64,000 nucleotides of DNA. Origin: a virus. The notes under the pieces are model-generated. The model saw only the letters and a program-made list of their open reading frames with translations, ran no database searches and was not told the origin of the DNA. The stretch lies in the IMG/VR virus record IMGVR_UViG_3300027804_000046, positions 1 through 64,000 of that record; one strand, given 5' to 3'. Positions 11,225-23,280 of this stretch are shown in pieces; within the stretch, counting starts at the first letter, position 1, and each line of letters begins with the position of its first letter. The position numbers were made by a program, and so were the translations under genes.

Positions 11225-11463
11225 TGCAAAATCTGGTTAAAATTGAAGAATATGAAGACCTAAGAAAAGACACTAAAACTGGAGCAATACTGTTGGCAGA
11301 TCATAACATTGCAAACGAATATAAAAGCAAAAAAGCCATGATGAACAATGTGCGTGGTGTTAATTCTGAGATAAATAGTATTAAGGAAAAGTTATCTGAG
11401 TTGGACTCACTCAAAGATGACATGAGAGAAATAAAAGAGCTTTTAAGAGGATTGGCAAGGTAA
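11224..11463 (+). CDS. Small conserved coiled-coil hypothetical protein
   Basis: L.KD..TGAIL motif and C-terminal [12 protein letters not shown], as usually seen after VrlC-like genes; start overlaps the upstream stop. Confidence 0.7.
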   Translation: MQNLVKIEEYEDLRKDTKTGAILLADHNIANEYKSKKAMMNNVRGVNSEINSIKEKLSELDSLKDDMREIKELLRGLAR

Positions 11464-11464
11464 A

Positions 11465-14400
11465 ATGGCAATAGCAAATGTCACGCTAAATAACACATTT
11501 GATGAATGGCGTTCAGCTACAAATCAACTTATTACTTTTGTCAATGAAGTAGAAACTCAGCAGTTAATTAATGCAGCTTCAAACACTGCGGTTTTAACTG
11601 TTTCTCCTAATAATATCAAAAGAAATGAAACATTATATCTTACTCTTAATGTTTCCAGTAGCGTTCTTGATAGATCAACATTAAATGTAGCTACTGCTAA
11701 TGCAGTTAATGTCGTATTTGCCGCTCTTGCAAATACAGACGCGAGATTAGTTTTAGTCTCAAATGATGCCAATACTATTAATGCAGTTGCAAATGCCGCT
11801 ATCATTCAAGCTAACACAGCTAGAATCCATGCCAATGCAGCACATGCTTCAGCAAATGCGGGATTAGCTTCTGCCAATGCAGGTTTATTGCAAGCTAACA
11901 CTGCCAGAATCCATGCCAATGTTGGTTTTGAACAAGCTAACACTGCCAGAATCCATGCCAATGTTGGTTTTGAACAAGCTAATACAGCTAGAATCCATGC
12001 CAATGTTGCTTTTGGACATGCAAATGTAATTTTTGAACAAGCTAACACTGCCAGAATCCATGCCAATGTTGGTTTTGAACAAGCTAATACGGCTAGAGTT
12101 CACGCCAACGTTTCATTCTTGCAAGCTAACACTGCCAGAATCCACGCCAATCAGGCTTTTGATCAGGCCAATACCGCAGACGATCATGCAAACGTTTCAT
12201 TCTTACAAGCTAATACGGCCAGAGTTCATGCTAATGTAAGTTTTGAACAGGCGAACACCGCAAGAATCCATGCCAATATTGGTTTTGAACAAGCAAACAC
12301 TGCCAGAGATCATGCTAATATTGCTTTTGGACATGCAAATGTTATATTTGTTAGAGCCAACACAATAAGAGATCATGCAAACGCTTCATTTTTGCAAGCC
12401 AATACTACCAGAGATCATGCTAACATTAGTTTTGAACAGGCCAACACCGCTAGAAATCAAGCCAACACAGCTAGAGATCATGCCAATACAGCACATGCAT
12501 CTGCAAATGCTGGATTACTACAGGCTAATACTGCTAGAGACCATGCCAATACAGCACACGCTTCAGCCAATGCTGGATTACTACAGGCTAATACTGCTAG
12601 AGACCATGCCAATACAGCACATGCATCTGCAAATGCTGGATTACTACAGGCTAACACAGCAAGAATCCATGCAAACATTTCTTTTGATCAGGCTAATACA
12701 GCTAGAGTTCATGCTAATGTATCGTTTGAACAAGCTAACACTGCAAGAAATCTAGCAAATGCTGTTTCTCCAGCATTTATACAAGCCAACACAGCAAGAG
12801 ACCACGCAAACGTAGGATTCCTACAAGCTAATACTGCTAGAGATCACGCTAACGTTAGTTTCTTACAAGCTAATACAGCCAGAGATCAAGCTAATGTTGC
12901 TCCTCCAGCATTTACACAGGCTAACACTGCCAGAGTTCACGCGAACGTATCATTTGAACAAGCTAATACAGCCAGAGATCAAGCTAATTCGGCTTTTTTA
13001 AAAGCTAATACAGCATATGATCTTGCCAATTCTGTATCTGGAGGTCAAGCACCTATCCTTGAAGCAAATAAAGCAGCGTTTGATAATGCTAACGCCGCAT
13101 ACGAACAAGCTAATACTGCTAGAGTTCACGCTAATACAGCACATGCCTCAGCCAATGCCGGGTTGTTGCAAGCCAATACAACTAGAGATCATGCAAATAT
13201 TGTTTTTGTACAAGCTAATACAGCCAGAGTCCATGCCAATGCTGCATTCTTGGCTGCAAATAACGCTTTACCAAATACATCAAGCGCGAGTTTTGTAGGA
13301 AATCTACAGATACCTACAGGCAATCTCACAATTGGTGATGGAACAACTCAGGGCATAAGACTGCACGTTAATAGTTGGACTACTAGAGCAAACGTTTATC
13401 CGCAAATTGAAATTATGAGCGGTTCAGCGATACTACAGTTCAATGCTAATACATCCGGCGGCGCTTGGAATGACTTGATAATTAATGATGATATCTCTAT
13501 TATTTACAGTAAAGGATCATCAGACGATAGTGCAAATATTGTAATTGCTCCTTGGTCTGACAGTTCATTTGGTTACAAGCAAGATGGTGCAGGACGCCAT
13601 GGTTTCAATACAGCAAACCCAAGACAAGTTTTAGATGCAAACGGATCTGCAAACATTTCAGGTTCATTATTTGTCAACTCAAACATTGCTGTTGGTAGAT
13701 CAACAACAACTAATCATAGAATCGATGTTGTAGGCAGCGTTAACGCATCTGCTTTCTTTATTAACGGAAATCCTACAAACATTCAGGGTGCTACGGGCGC
13801 GCAAGGCACCACAGGTTCACAGGGTACCACTGGTTCTCAAGGCACTACAGGAAGTCAAGGTGCAACTGGTTCTCAAGGCACAACAGGATCTCAAGGCACC
13901 CAAGGCATACAAGGAATCACAGGTTCGCAAGGCACAACAGGTTCGCAGGGAACAACTGGTACTCAAGGTGCTACTGGTTCTCAGGGCGTTCAAGGTCTCC
14001 AAGGCCGTCAAGGCACTACAGGTTCACAGGGTACCACTGGTTCGCAAGGTACTACAGGAAGTCAAGGTTCACAAGGAACTACAGGTTCACAAGGCGCAAC
14101 TGGTTCTCAAGGCACAACAGGTTCACAAGGTACCACAGGCTCACAAGGCACACAAGGTATTCAAGGCACGACTGGCGATAAAGGTGGTGTAAGATATTCA
14201 TTCTCAATTCAGGTGACAGATGATGATCCTGGAAATGGCGTTATAAAGTATAATAATGCAGCCATCGCATCTGTAACTCAAATCTTTATCGACAATCTAG
14301 ATGCTGCTGGTGTAACTCAGACAGCATGGTACGATACATGGGATGATAGTACGACTACTGGTTCAAGAGGATTCATAACAATAGTAGGAAACTTGGCTGG

Positions 14401-15250
14401 TAGCACAGTAGTCAATATATTCCAAGTTACTGGTGCTGTTACAGTTGCAGCTGGTTATTATAAGATTCCTGTTAGTTACGTTTCTGGTACAATACCTTCT
14501 AGTTTAGCGGCGTTAACTGTAGGGTTCTCTAGAACAGGTAACATAGGCGCTACAGGCGCTCAAGGCACAACAGGTTCTACAGGCGCTACAGGTGCTCAAG
14601 GCACAACAGGTTCTACAGGCGCTACAGGTGCTCAAGGCACAACAGGTTCTACAGGCGCTACAGGTGCTCAAGGTACCACTGGCATTCAAGGCGTTCAAGG
14701 TCTCCAAGGCCGTCAAGGCACTACAGGAACAGGAACACAAGGTACCACTGGCACGACAGGATCTACTGGCGCTCAGGGAACTCAAGGTATTCAGGGCAGT
14801 ACTGCAACTACAGCAACATCTGCAACAAACATTGCTGCTGGCGCCGCTGGTAAAATTCCTTATCAGGCTAGTAGCGGCTCAACAGATTTCACGGCAGTGG
14901 GCACAGCAGATCAAGTATTAACTTCACAAGCAACATTGGCACCAACTTGGCAAACATTAACAACTCTATATGCCGATAAAGCAACATATAATGGTGTAGG
15001 AAGTTATGTTTTTGCCTTTTACGGCGGGCAAGGTTTAACGCAAAATAGTTCCATACTTGGATCGGAACTTGAACCTGCGGGTGTAGGCCATCCAAATGTG
15101 ATGAGTTCAGATGACGCTCAGGAAACTTTAGGCATGTATATAACTAAAGGCGGCGCCACCCTTGCAGGCACATGGAGATCCATGGGCCGAGAAAATTATG
15201 ATGGCGGTGTTAATAATTCTCGTCTAACTTTATTTTTAAGAATAGCATAA
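11465..15250 (+). CDS. Tail fibre / fibre-like virion protein 1 (coiled-coil stalk, collagen-like repeats, C-terminal tip domain)
   Basis: N-terminal NTFDEWR..TN motif, ANTARxHAN repeats, Gly-X-Y runs and C-terminal GVGSY...LAGTWRSMG...TLFLRIA; followed by a chaperone gene. Confidence 0.75.
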   Translation: MAIANVTLNNTFDEWRSATNQLITFVNEVETQQLINAASNTAVLTVSPNNIKRNETLYLTLNVSSSVLDRSTLNVATANAVNVVFAALANTDARLVLVSNDANTINAVANAAIIQANTARIHANAAHASANAGLASANAGLLQANTARIHANVGFEQANTARIHANVGFEQANTARIHANVAFGHANVIFEQANTARIHANVGFEQANTARVHANVSFLQANTARIHANQAFDQANTADDHANVSFLQANTARVHANVSFEQANTARIHANIGFEQANTARDHANIAFGHANVIFVRANTIRDHANASFLQANTTRDHANISFEQANTARNQANTARDHANTAHASANAGLLQANTARDHANTAHASANAGLLQANTARDHANTAHASANAGLLQANTARIHANISFDQANTARVHANVSFEQANTARNLANAVSPAFIQANTARDHANVGFLQANTARDHANVSFLQANTARDQANVAPPAFTQANTARVHANVSFEQANTARDQANSAFLKANTAYDLANSVSGGQAPILEANKAAFDNANAAYEQANTARVHANTAHASANAGLLQANTTRDHANIVFVQANTARVHANAAFLAANNALPNTSSASFVGNLQIPTGNLTIGDGTTQGIRLHVNSWTTRANVYPQIEIMSGSAILQFNANTSGGAWNDLIINDDISIIYSKGSSDDSANIVIAPWSDSSFGYKQDGAGRHGFNTANPRQVLDANGSANISGSLFVNSNIAVGRSTTTNHRIDVVGSVNASAFFINGNPTNIQGATGAQGTTGSQGTTGSQGTTGSQGATGSQGTTGSQGTQGIQGITGSQGTTGSQGTTGTQGATGSQGVQGLQGRQGTTGSQGTTGSQGTTGSQGSQGTTGSQGATGSQGTTGSQGTTGSQGTQGIQGTTGDKGGVRYSFSIQVTDDDPGNGVIKYNNAAIASVTQIFIDNLDAAGVTQTAWYDTWDDSTTTGSRGFITIVGNLAGSTVVNIFQVTGAVTVAAGYYKIPVSYVSGTIPSSLAALTVGFSRTGNIGATGAQGTTGSTGATGAQGTTGSTGATGAQGTTGSTGATGAQGTTGIQGVQGLQGRQGTTGTGTQGTTGTTGSTGAQGTQGIQGSTATTATSATNIAAGAAGKIPYQASSGSTDFTAVGTADQVLTSQATLAPTWQTLTTLYADKATYNGVGSYVFAFYGGQGLTQNSSILGSELEPAGVGHPNVMSSDDAQETLGMYITKGGATLAGTWRSMGRENYDGGVNNSRLTLFLRIA
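11808..13260 (+). repeat. Heptad-based coding repeat (QANTARxHANxxF/L), 14- and 21-aa units
   Basis: Dozens of ANTAR[IVD]HAN units; a near-perfect 63-nt triple repeat at about 12470-12660. Confidence 0.9.
13787..14800 (+). repeat. Collagen-like Gly-X-Y repeats ([12 protein letters not shown]), two blocks
   Basis: Gly every third residue at about 13787-14175 and 14546-14800; 36-nt tandem unit at about 14546-14660. Confidence 0.9.
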
Positions 15251-15265
15251 TATAGGTAATTTAAA

Positions 15266-15664
15266 ATGAATTTTAGAAATCCAAAATATACAAAGAATAA
15301 TTGGATCGATTGTGAAATTGAGCATCCTAGACTTGGTTGGATTCGCTTTACATGCAATCCAAATGATGAAGGTGCAGCGTTTGACACTAAAGAACTATTT
15401 GATCGAATGGTAGCATCCAAAAAGGTAGCAGCTTATATTCCGCCAACTCAAGCAGAGTTAGAAGCAAAACAAATGGAAATAGTAAGAGTTAAGAGAGATG
15501 CATTATTGAGAGAGTCCGACATTCTTGTTTTTCCAGACCGTTGGGCAACTTATACATCACAAAGACAAGCAGAAATTTCAGCTTATCGTCAGGCACTGAG
15601 AGATTTACCAGAAAATATTACCGACCCGTTTAATGTAACGTGGCCAGTATTAGCAAACCCATAA
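15266..15664 (+). CDS. Tail fibre assembly chaperone
   Basis: IDCEIEHP..GWI.FT N-terminus and R.KRD.LL.ESD...PD.W...YRQALRDLP...P C-terminus; directly after a fibre gene. Confidence 0.8.
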   Translation: MNFRNPKYTKNNWIDCEIEHPRLGWIRFTCNPNDEGAAFDTKELFDRMVASKKVAAYIPPTQAELEAKQMEIVRVKRDALLRESDILVFPDRWATYTSQRQAEISAYRQALRDLPENITDPFNVTWPVLANP

Positions 15665-15680
15665 AGAAAAAGAAAGTAAA

Positions 15681-16019
15681 ATGGCAGCATACGTAGAACT
15701 TATAATGGACCAAGGAGCATCGTTCAATAACGTCATCAATCTGACTGACGATTTGAGCAATGCGTCTTTGAATATCCTTGGTTATACGGTTCGCAGTCAA
15801 ATGCGCCGTTCTTATTATTCAGCAAACGCGACGGCTAACATTACTTGCACTATTACTAATAGTTCAAATGGTGAAATCACTATGTCTATGACAGCGGCCA
15901 ACACAACACTGATAAAATCAGGTCGTTATCTTTTTGATCTGGAAACTGTCGATACGAATGGAATTGTAAGCAGAGTGCTTGAAGGAATTATCACAGTAAC
16001 ACCTCAAATTACGAGATAA
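15681..16019 (+). CDS. Conserved small virion-associated protein
   Basis: DQGASF...GYT.RSQMRRSY...GRY.FDLE...RVLEGIITVTP pattern, common in T4-like fibre regions. Confidence 0.65.
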   Translation: MAAYVELIMDQGASFNNVINLTDDLSNASLNILGYTVRSQMRRSYYSANATANITCTITNSSNGEITMSMTAANTTLIKSGRYLFDLETVDTNGIVSRVLEGIITVTPQITR

Positions 16020-16022
16020 CAA

Positions 16023-16256
16023 ATGGGCACGAAAGTTTTAATAAATTCTACAACTCCAAACAGAGTATCGATAAACAATCAACAAAGGTCTACAGTAAGA
16101 ACTGTGGCCGTTGCTTCGTCACAGATAAACAGATTGTCTCTACTAACTGACGTTGATGCCTCAGATGCCGATAACAACGAGGTACTGGTATATGATGAAA
16201 CTCTAAATAAATATGTTGTTAAAACTATACCAGCGGTAGACGGAGGAACGTTCTAA
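16023..16256 (+). CDS. Small fibre-associated protein ending in DGGTF
   Basis: L..LTDVD...VLVYD motif and C-terminal DGGTF. Confidence 0.6.
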   Translation: MGTKVLINSTTPNRVSINNQQRSTVRTVAVASSQINRLSLLTDVDASDADNNEVLVYDETLNKYVVKTIPAVDGGTF

Positions 16257-16257
16257 G

Positions 16258-17862
16258 ATGTCAAATACAGTAATTCAAATAAAGAGAAGTCTTAGTACGG
16301 CTGTTCCTCCTAATGGTTCTCTTGTCATCGGTGAACAGGCATATTCATATTCTTCCAATACATTATTCATAGGTGCGCCAGATGGAACTGGCGTCATTGC
16401 TGTTGGTGGTAAGTATTACCTAGATACAATTGCTGCCGCCTTTGCACAAGCAAATGCTGCTTATGGTCAAGCCAACTCAGGTACCGCAATTATTGGTGCA
16501 TTTGATCAAGCAAATACCGCCAGAGATCATGCTAATGCTGCTTTTGCTTCTGCTAATGCAGGTCAATCAACCGCCAACGCTTCTTTTGGTGTTGCCAATG
16601 CCGCTCTTGCATCTGCTTCTGCTGCTCAAGCAACGGCTAATGCATCTTATGCGTTTTCTAACTCCGCACACTCTATTGCCAACTTGGCATTTGTTCATGC
16701 TAATGCTGCTTTTACCGCTGCTAATGCCGCTCTTGCATCTGCTTCTGCTGGTCAAGCATCGGCTAATGCCGCTCTTGCTACAGGTAATGCTGCTTTTGCA
16801 CAGGCTAATGCTGCTGCAAGTATTGCAAATACAAAGTTGGCTATTGCTGGTGGTACCATTACTGGAAATCTTTCGATTGTTGGTTCGCTCACAGTCTCAG
16901 GAAATTCGTATATAATCGACGGTGAAACACTTAAAGTTTCAGATCCTCTCATTTATCTGGCTGGCAATAACTACGTATCAGACATCGTAGATATCGGTTT
17001 CATCGGTAACTATGTCAATGCCACAGGATCAAATGTTCACACTGGTTTGTATCGTGAACACGAAAACAAAGAATATTATCTGTTCCAAGGTTATGATGCG
17101 GAGCCAATAAACAATCACATTGGTGCATTTTCCAACAACATGACATTGGCAATATTAAATGCTGATATCAGAACAAGTAATCTAATTCTAGGTGGCGCCA
17201 ACGCAATTCTAACGATTGGTGCAGCATTCAATCATGCTAATGCGGCTCATGCTTCTGCTAACGCTGGAATGGCAATTGCCAACGCAGCCTTTGCTTCGGC
17301 TAACGCAGGACAAGCATCTGCTAATGCCGCTCTTGCTACAGGTAATGCTGCTTTTGATCAAGCAAATACTGCTAGAGTTCACGCGAATGCTGCTTTCGAA
17401 CAGGCTAACACTGCAAGAGTTCATGCTAATGCAGCCTTCGCTTCTGCTAATGCAGGTCAAGCAACAGCCAACGCATCTTACGCATTTGCCAATTCTGCTC
17501 ATGCAATTGCAAATCTAGCATTCACACACGCAAACGGTGCATATGCTCTGGCTAACTCTGCAACAGCACAGGCTGCAAATGCAGACTTCTTGACAACAGG
17601 TACAGTACCAACAGGAAGAATTTCTGGTTCATATACAGGCATCACTGGTGTAGGTACAATTACTACTGGTACATGGAATGGTTCTACAATTGATGTTGGA
17701 TACGGTGGTACAGGTCGAACATCATTTGCAACAAACGGAATTCTATACGGTAATGCTGGTGGTCCATTAAATATAACTTCGGCAGGATCAGAAGGTCAAG
17801 TATTACAAGCATCTGATACTGGCGTTCCTCAATTTGGAATGCTAGACGGAGGCACATTCTAA
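16258..17862 (+). CDS. Fibre-like virion protein 2
   Basis: IQIKRS...P..L..GE.AYS N-terminus, Ala/Asn heptad stalk, GTWNG..I.V.YGGTG and C-terminal LDGGTF. Confidence 0.7.
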   Translation: MSNTVIQIKRSLSTAVPPNGSLVIGEQAYSYSSNTLFIGAPDGTGVIAVGGKYYLDTIAAAFAQANAAYGQANSGTAIIGAFDQANTARDHANAAFASANAGQSTANASFGVANAALASASAAQATANASYAFSNSAHSIANLAFVHANAAFTAANAALASASAGQASANAALATGNAAFAQANAAASIANTKLAIAGGTITGNLSIVGSLTVSGNSYIIDGETLKVSDPLIYLAGNNYVSDIVDIGFIGNYVNATGSNVHTGLYREHENKEYYLFQGYDAEPINNHIGAFSNNMTLAILNADIRTSNLILGGANAILTIGAAFNHANAAHASANAGMAIANAAFASANAGQASANAALATGNAAFDQANTARVHANAAFEQANTARVHANAAFASANAGQATANASYAFANSAHAIANLAFTHANGAYALANSATAQAANADFLTTGTVPTGRISGSYTGITGVGTITTGTWNGSTIDVGYGGTGRTSFATNGILYGNAGGPLNITSAGSEGQVLQASDTGVPQFGMLDGGTF

Positions 17863-17877
17863 TATAAAGGTTTTGTT

Positions 17878-18321
17878 ATGGATCAGAATATATTTATTAA
17901 TACCTATATTGATGTTGTTATAAACTCTTTACAAGATTACGTAAAAGCTAATCTGCAACTGCAAACTCAAATCAAAGTAAACGAGTTTGTAGTTGCGGAA
18001 AAAGATAAAGTGATATCATCATTGACGCAACAATTAACCGAAAACAAAACAGCAGAAGATTGGAAAGTTAAATATGAAGCTGCTGAAAACAACTACTCGG
18101 CTATTTTAGGCAAACTTAAACATATGGATGCTTTGTTAAGTCAAATCAATGATATGAAAAAATTAGTTCTTACTAAGGATGCACAGATAGAACTACTCAA
18201 CAAAGAAATTGAAGAACTGAAAAGTCCTAAAAAGGTCATAAATACTAAAACGAAGAAGAAAGAGATATCTTTATCAATCGTTGAAGATAAACCAAAAGAA
18301 ACAACTTTAGATGACTTTTAA
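17878..18321 (+). CDS. Hypothetical coiled-coil protein
   Basis: ORF with heptad pattern, packed between fibre genes. Confidence 0.6.
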   Translation: MDQNIFINTYIDVVINSLQDYVKANLQLQTQIKVNEFVVAEKDKVISSLTQQLTENKTAEDWKVKYEAAENNYSAILGKLKHMDALLSQINDMKKLVLTKDAQIELLNKEIEELKSPKKVINTKTKKKEISLSIVEDKPKETTLDDF

Positions 18322-21300
18322 TGGCAAATACAGTAATCGCGCTTAAAAAATCAGCAATACCTTCATCTGTTCCTTCAAATCTGGCCAATGGCGAGTTGGC
18401 TATCAACTATGCCGATGGTAAACTATTCTACAAAGCAGCTAACGGAACAATCTCTTCAATCAGCGGAAATGAACCAAACTACTTTGGTACAGTAAATGCC
18501 AATAACACACTAGTCATTGCTGATACTCCAGGCGACATTCTTACAATTGAAGCAGGTCAAAACATTGATATTGTTGGTGATGCAATCAATGATAAAATCA
18601 CAATTTCTGCACTAGTAGCTCAGGGTACTACAGGCGCTCAAGGCACGACTGGATCACAAGGCACTATTGGCAGTCAAGGTGCCACTGGTACTCAAGGTGC
18701 TACTGGCTCTCAAGGTATTCAAGGTAGACAAGGTACAACGGGAAGTCAAGGCTCTACAGGTGCTACTGGTTCTCAAGGCGCAACAGGAACACAAGGTTCT
18801 ACAGGTACTACTGGTTCTCAAGGCACAACAGGTTCTACTGGCTCTCAAGGCACAGCAGGCCCTCAAGGTTCTACAGGAACAACTGGTTCTCAGGGTACAA
18901 CAGGATCTACCGGATCACAAGGTATCACAGGAAGTCAAGGTACAACAGGATCTACTGGTTCACAAGGCGTCACTGGTTCTACTGGATCTCAAGGTACTAC
19001 TGGATCACAGGGTACAACAGGTTCTACAGGCGCTCAAGGTGCAACTGGTACTCAAGGCACACAGGGTGTTCAAGGCACAACTGGCAGCCAAGGTACCACA
19101 GGCGCGCAAGGTGCGACCGGCACACAAGGCGCGACAGGTTCACAAGGTACTACAGGCGCTCAAGGTACTACTGGTAGCCAAGGAACTACAGGCGCCCAAG
19201 GCACTACTGGATCACAAGGTTCTACAGGCGCTCAAGGAACCACAGGCACTCAAGGTGCAACTGGTGCCCAAGGTACACAGGGTATTCAAGGTACCACTGG
19301 TAGCCAAGGAACCACAGGCACTCAAGGTGCAACTGGTGCCCAAGGTACACAGGGTATTCAAGGTGGTGCTGGCCCTTCTAATATTATAAACTCTACAAGT
19401 GTTACTGTTGATGATTTAGTATTTCCTGTTTTTGTTACACTAACAGGATCAAATCAGACAGCACAATCAGCTCCAGGATTTACATTTAATCCCGCATCAA
19501 ATACCTTGATTGTAGGAACAACTAATGTCGTAACAACTATCACACAAGCTTTTAATGTTGCAAACAATGCGTTGCCTCTGACAGGCGGTACGATTACTGG
19601 TAGTCTTCAAATTTCTGGTAATCTTAGTGTTTCAGGTAATACGACATTTGTAAACGCTGAAAATCTTAGAGTTGCTGATCCACTTCTCTATCTCGCAGGT
19701 AACAATTACACATCGGATGTTGTAGACATTGGATTTATAGCAAACTATGTAAATGCGACAGGTCAGAATGTTCACACAGGTCTTTATCGTGAACATCAAG
19801 ATAAGATGTACTATTTGTTCCAAGGTTATGATCAAGAACCTGCAAACAATCATATCGGTGCATTCTCAAACAACATGACGCTGGCCGTTCTCAATGCGGA
19901 TTTGAGAACGAGCAACCTTGTTCTTGGCGGCGCTAATGCTATTTTGACTATAGGCGCTGCATTTAATAAGGCCAACAACGATCTTGCAAATACATCTGGT
20001 GTTTCATTTAACGGTACTCTTAATTTTCCTGCAGGCAATGTCCAAATCGGTCGAACAAATTCTACAGTAGGCAATAACGTAAGACTTGATGTAGTTGGTG
20101 CAGTAAACGCTTCTGCATACTTCATTAATGGTAATCCTACAAACATACAAGGTGCTACTGGCGCTCAAGGTACGACAGGTTCTACAGGTTCTCAAGGTGC
20201 AACTGGTTCTCAAGGTACTACGGGTGCCACTGGCGCGCAAGGTACAACAGGCGCAACAGGAAGTCAAGGCACTACTGGAACAACAGGAAGTCAAGGCACT
20301 ACTGGATCACAAGGCACAACAGGCGCTACAGGCGCTCAAGGTACCACTGGCTCACAAGGCACCACGGGCGCAACTGGTTCACAAGGAACGACCGGCACAC
20401 AAGGCACAACAGGCGCAACTGGTTCTCAAGGCACTACTGGATCACAAGGCACAACAGGCGCTCAAGGCACAACTGGTACTCAAGGTGCTACTGGCTCTCA
20501 AGGTATTCAAGGTAGACAAGGTACTACAGGTTCGCAGGGAACTACAGGCACCACTGGCGCTCAAGGTACTACAGGATCAACAGGTTCACAAGGTGCGACA
20601 GGATCACAAGGTTCTACTGGCGCAACAGGAAGTCAAGGCGCGACAGGTTCTACTGGTTCTCAGGGAACAACAGGTTCTCAAGGTACCACAGGCGCTCAAG
20701 GTACAACTGGTACGACAGGCGATAAAGGCGGGGTTAGATATAATTTTTCTACAACCGTAACAGATGCAGATCCAGGCCAAGGCATAATAAGATATAATAA
20801 TGCAACCATTGCATCTGTAACTCAAATATTCATCGACAATGCAGATATTAACAATGTTACAATGACTGCATGGTACGATACGTGGGATGATAGTACAAAT
20901 CCTTCTCAAGAAGGCTATTTGTACATTATAGGAAATGCAGCCGGCAGCACTGTAACCAACATCTTTTCAGTAACAGGTGCAGTAACAGTTGCGGCTGGCT
21001 ACTACAAGATACCTGTTTCATATGTTTCCGGTACATTACCGGCAGATGCGGCAACTCTTGCAGTAAACTTTACAAGAACAGGTAATATCGGCGCTCAAGG
21101 TACTACAGGTACTTCTGTTCAAGGCACTACTGGATCACAAGGCACAACAGGCGCTCAAGGCACAACTGGTACTCAAGGTGCTACTGGCTCTCAAGGTATT
21201 CAAGGTAGACAAGGTACAACGGGAAGTCAAGGCGCTACTGGCGCCACTGGTGCTCAAGGTACGACTGGAGCCGCAGGCCCGTCAACAACAATAAACGCCA

Positions 21301-22262
21301 CTGCAACAACGGCCGCCGATACATTTTTCCCTGTATTTGTTACTGCACTAGGTTCAAATCAAACAGCATCAGGATCATCATCATTTACATATGAAGCATC
21401 AACTAATGCTTTAGTGGTTTCTGGCGGTTCTATACAAGCAGGTGATTTCTTACGCGGAACCTCAACAGCTTTGGCTATTGGAGGTTCTGGCGGTTCACCA
21501 AACTTTCAAAATCATGGAACATCAAGTTCTTTTGCAGGTGCTGCATATACTTCTGTCAACTGGGCTACATCTGGCTCTGGTATAGGTGGACTTCTTATGG
21601 CAAAATCTGATGGTGGCGCAGTAGGAACATATAGTACACTCGCAGCTGGTGTTAATTTAGGCGAAATTCGTTGGGTTGCTTCTGGAGCAACTGCATTTCA
21701 CCAGGCAGCTTCAATACGCGCAAAAACAGCAGGTACAACATCCGACACTTCAGCTCCTGCAACTTTAGTTTTTGAAACATCAGCCTCAGGCTCTGTAGCT
21801 CCAACTTCACGTATGGAAATAGATGATACTGGTCAAGTTAATATGTTTGATGTCTATTCCGACACTGTAGGTGGTTCAAACAGAGACTTGTTCATCGACA
21901 TTGGTGGAAAACTTGGTTATGTTTCTTCCATTAGAGCTTCTAAGACTGAAATTCAAGATATGCCAAACATATCTTGGTTATATCAATTGAATCCTGTAAC
22001 TTTTAAATATAGAAAAAAAGATGCTGAAGAAAATTATACAGATGAAATTGATGGCGGTATACAATACGGTCTAATCGCAGAAGATGTTGAGCAAATAAAT
22101 CCTAATTTAGTTTTCTACGATGAAACTGAAAATGGACCTGAATTACGAGGTATTAATTATAGTATGCTTATAATGCCTCTTATCAAAGCTGTTCAACAGC
22201 AGCAATCTATTATAGAAAACTTGACTGCTAGAATTGAAGCTTTAGAGGCAAATCAATCATAA
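18321..22262 (+). CDS. Tail fibre protein 3 with collagen-like repeats and a C-terminal intramolecular chaperone (peptidase S74-like)
   Basis: N-terminal [17 protein letters not shown]; three Gly-X-Y blocks; C-terminal SS.R.K..I...[10 protein letters not shown]...YGLIAEDVE...INYSML...LIKAVQ. Confidence 0.8.
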   Translation: MANTVIALKKSAIPSSVPSNLANGELAINYADGKLFYKAANGTISSISGNEPNYFGTVNANNTLVIADTPGDILTIEAGQNIDIVGDAINDKITISALVAQGTTGAQGTTGSQGTIGSQGATGTQGATGSQGIQGRQGTTGSQGSTGATGSQGATGTQGSTGTTGSQGTTGSTGSQGTAGPQGSTGTTGSQGTTGSTGSQGITGSQGTTGSTGSQGVTGSTGSQGTTGSQGTTGSTGAQGATGTQGTQGVQGTTGSQGTTGAQGATGTQGATGSQGTTGAQGTTGSQGTTGAQGTTGSQGSTGAQGTTGTQGATGAQGTQGIQGTTGSQGTTGTQGATGAQGTQGIQGGAGPSNIINSTSVTVDDLVFPVFVTLTGSNQTAQSAPGFTFNPASNTLIVGTTNVVTTITQAFNVANNALPLTGGTITGSLQISGNLSVSGNTTFVNAENLRVADPLLYLAGNNYTSDVVDIGFIANYVNATGQNVHTGLYREHQDKMYYLFQGYDQEPANNHIGAFSNNMTLAVLNADLRTSNLVLGGANAILTIGAAFNKANNDLANTSGVSFNGTLNFPAGNVQIGRTNSTVGNNVRLDVVGAVNASAYFINGNPTNIQGATGAQGTTGSTGSQGATGSQGTTGATGAQGTTGATGSQGTTGTTGSQGTTGSQGTTGATGAQGTTGSQGTTGATGSQGTTGTQGTTGATGSQGTTGSQGTTGAQGTTGTQGATGSQGIQGRQGTTGSQGTTGTTGAQGTTGSTGSQGATGSQGSTGATGSQGATGSTGSQGTTGSQGTTGAQGTTGTTGDKGGVRYNFSTTVTDADPGQGIIRYNNATIASVTQIFIDNADINNVTMTAWYDTWDDSTNPSQEGYLYIIGNAAGSTVTNIFSVTGAVTVAAGYYKIPVSYVSGTLPADAATLAVNFTRTGNIGAQGTTGTSVQGTTGSQGTTGAQGTTGTQGATGSQGIQGRQGTTGSQGATGATGAQGTTGAAGPSTTINATATTAADTFFPVFVTALGSNQTASGSSSFTYEASTNALVVSGGSIQAGDFLRGTSTALAIGGSGGSPNFQNHGTSSSFAGAAYTSVNWATSGSGIGGLLMAKSDGGAVGTYSTLAAGVNLGEIRWVASGATAFHQAASIRAKTAGTTSDTSAPATLVFETSASGSVAPTSRMEIDDTGQVNMFDVYSDTVGGSNRDLFIDIGGKLGYVSSIRASKTEIQDMPNISWLYQLNPVTFKYRKKDAEENYTDEIDGGIQYGLIAEDVEQINPNLVFYDETENGPELRGINYSMLIMPLIKAVQQQQSIIENLTARIEALEANQS
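18623..21280 (+). repeat. Collagen-like Gly-X-Y repeats, three blocks
   Basis: [12 protein letters not shown] runs at about 18623-19365, 20151-20720 and 21090-21280; an identical stretch of about 85 nt occurs near 20439 and 21132. Confidence 0.9.
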
Positions 22263-22305
22263 GATGTCGCATATATAATAATATACGTTAATACTGGAGT
22301 ATATT

Positions 22306-23280
22306 ATGAAATCTTTTGCGAAACTTGTTCTAGAACAAGGCGGTAAAATTAAACCGCTCATTATAAATTCCTCTCTTACTAATGGCACAGGACTATTCAA
22401 TCCAAGTCTTTTTGTAGATGATGGTCAAATTCATGTCAATGTTCGGCATTGTCAATATACTCTATATCATGCTGAGTTGAATAAGCATGAACATCCGTGG
22501 GGCCCTCTTCTTTACTTCAATCCAGAAAACGATATCACTCTCACTACAACTAATTATCTTGGACAACTTGATACCAATCTTAATCTAGCTTGGTCAAACA
22601 AAGTTGATACATCCAACTTTGATAAGACACCACTTTGGGAATTTGTAGGTCTTGAAGATGCAAGATTAGTCAAGTGGAATGACAAGACATATATGTGCGG
22701 TGTCAGAAGAGATACGACAACAAATGGTGAAGGCCGAATGGAAATGTCTGAAATCAAAATAACAGACAGAAAGGTTGTTGAGATTTCTCGTTTTCGTATT
22801 CCTGCACCTGGTAAAAACGATTCGTATTGTGAAAAGAACTGGATGCCTATTCTTGACATGCCTTATCATTTTCTCAAGTGGTGCAATCCAGTTGAAGTTG
22901 TTAAAGTTGATCCTATCGCAAAGACATGTGAAACAGTCTATCTAGGAACCGAAAGATATTTTGATTGGGATCTGAGAGGTGGCGGACAAGTTATTCCATT
23001 TGAGAATGGTTATCTGACATTGACGCACGAAACCGATCTTTATACTAGTGAAGCAGGAAGAAAAGATGCAACATACAGGCATCGATTTGTCTTGTGGTCC
23101 AAAGACTGGATACCTATTCGTAGGTCTGAGAAGTTCTCATTCATGGATGCAAAGATTGAGTTTGCTTGTGGTCTTGCCGAATATAAAGATAACATATTAA
23201 TAACTTTTGGTTTCCAAGATAATGCTGCTTTTGTATTGAGTTGCCCTAAAAACGTAGTGAAGGATTACATGAATGCTTGA
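22306..23280 (+). CDS. Putative five-bladed beta-propeller glycoside hydrolase/phosphorylase (GH130/GH43-like)
   Basis: FNPS, GLEDARL, EKNWMP, LRGG, Y.HRFV, IEFACGL and ITFG.QD motifs. Confidence 0.65.
   Translation: MKSFAKLVLEQGGKIKPLIINSSLTNGTGLFNPSLFVDDGQIHVNVRHCQYTLYHAELNKHEHPWGPLLYFNPENDITLTTTNYLGQLDTNLNLAWSNKVDTSNFDKTPLWEFVGLEDARLVKWNDKTYMCGVRRDTTTNGEGRMEMSEIKITDRKVVEISRFRIPAPGKNDSYCEKNWMPILDMPYHFLKWCNPVEVVKVDPIAKTCETVYLGTERYFDWDLRGGGQVIPFENGYLTLTHETDLYTSEAGRKDATYRHRFVLWSKDWIPIRRSEKFSFMDAKIEFACGLAEYKDNILITFGFQDNAAFVLSCPKNVVKDYMNA

Noticed and set aside
13788-20760. Alternative-frame ORFs (VLKAQQ-type) over the collagen repeats
   Set aside because: By-products of stop-poor repeat codons; no RBS or independent signal.
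11808-21280. Tandem DNA repeats as a possible CRISPR array or DGR template/variable repeats
   Set aside because: The repeats are in frame, vary at synonymous positions and have no unique spacers. No cas or reverse transcriptase gene is in the window, and no adenine-specific mismatch pattern was seen.
22306-22335. MKSFAKLVLE as another capsid-targeting leader
   Set aside because: Only a partial match (no aromatic residue at position 7) and it runs straight into the enzyme domain; probably coincidental.
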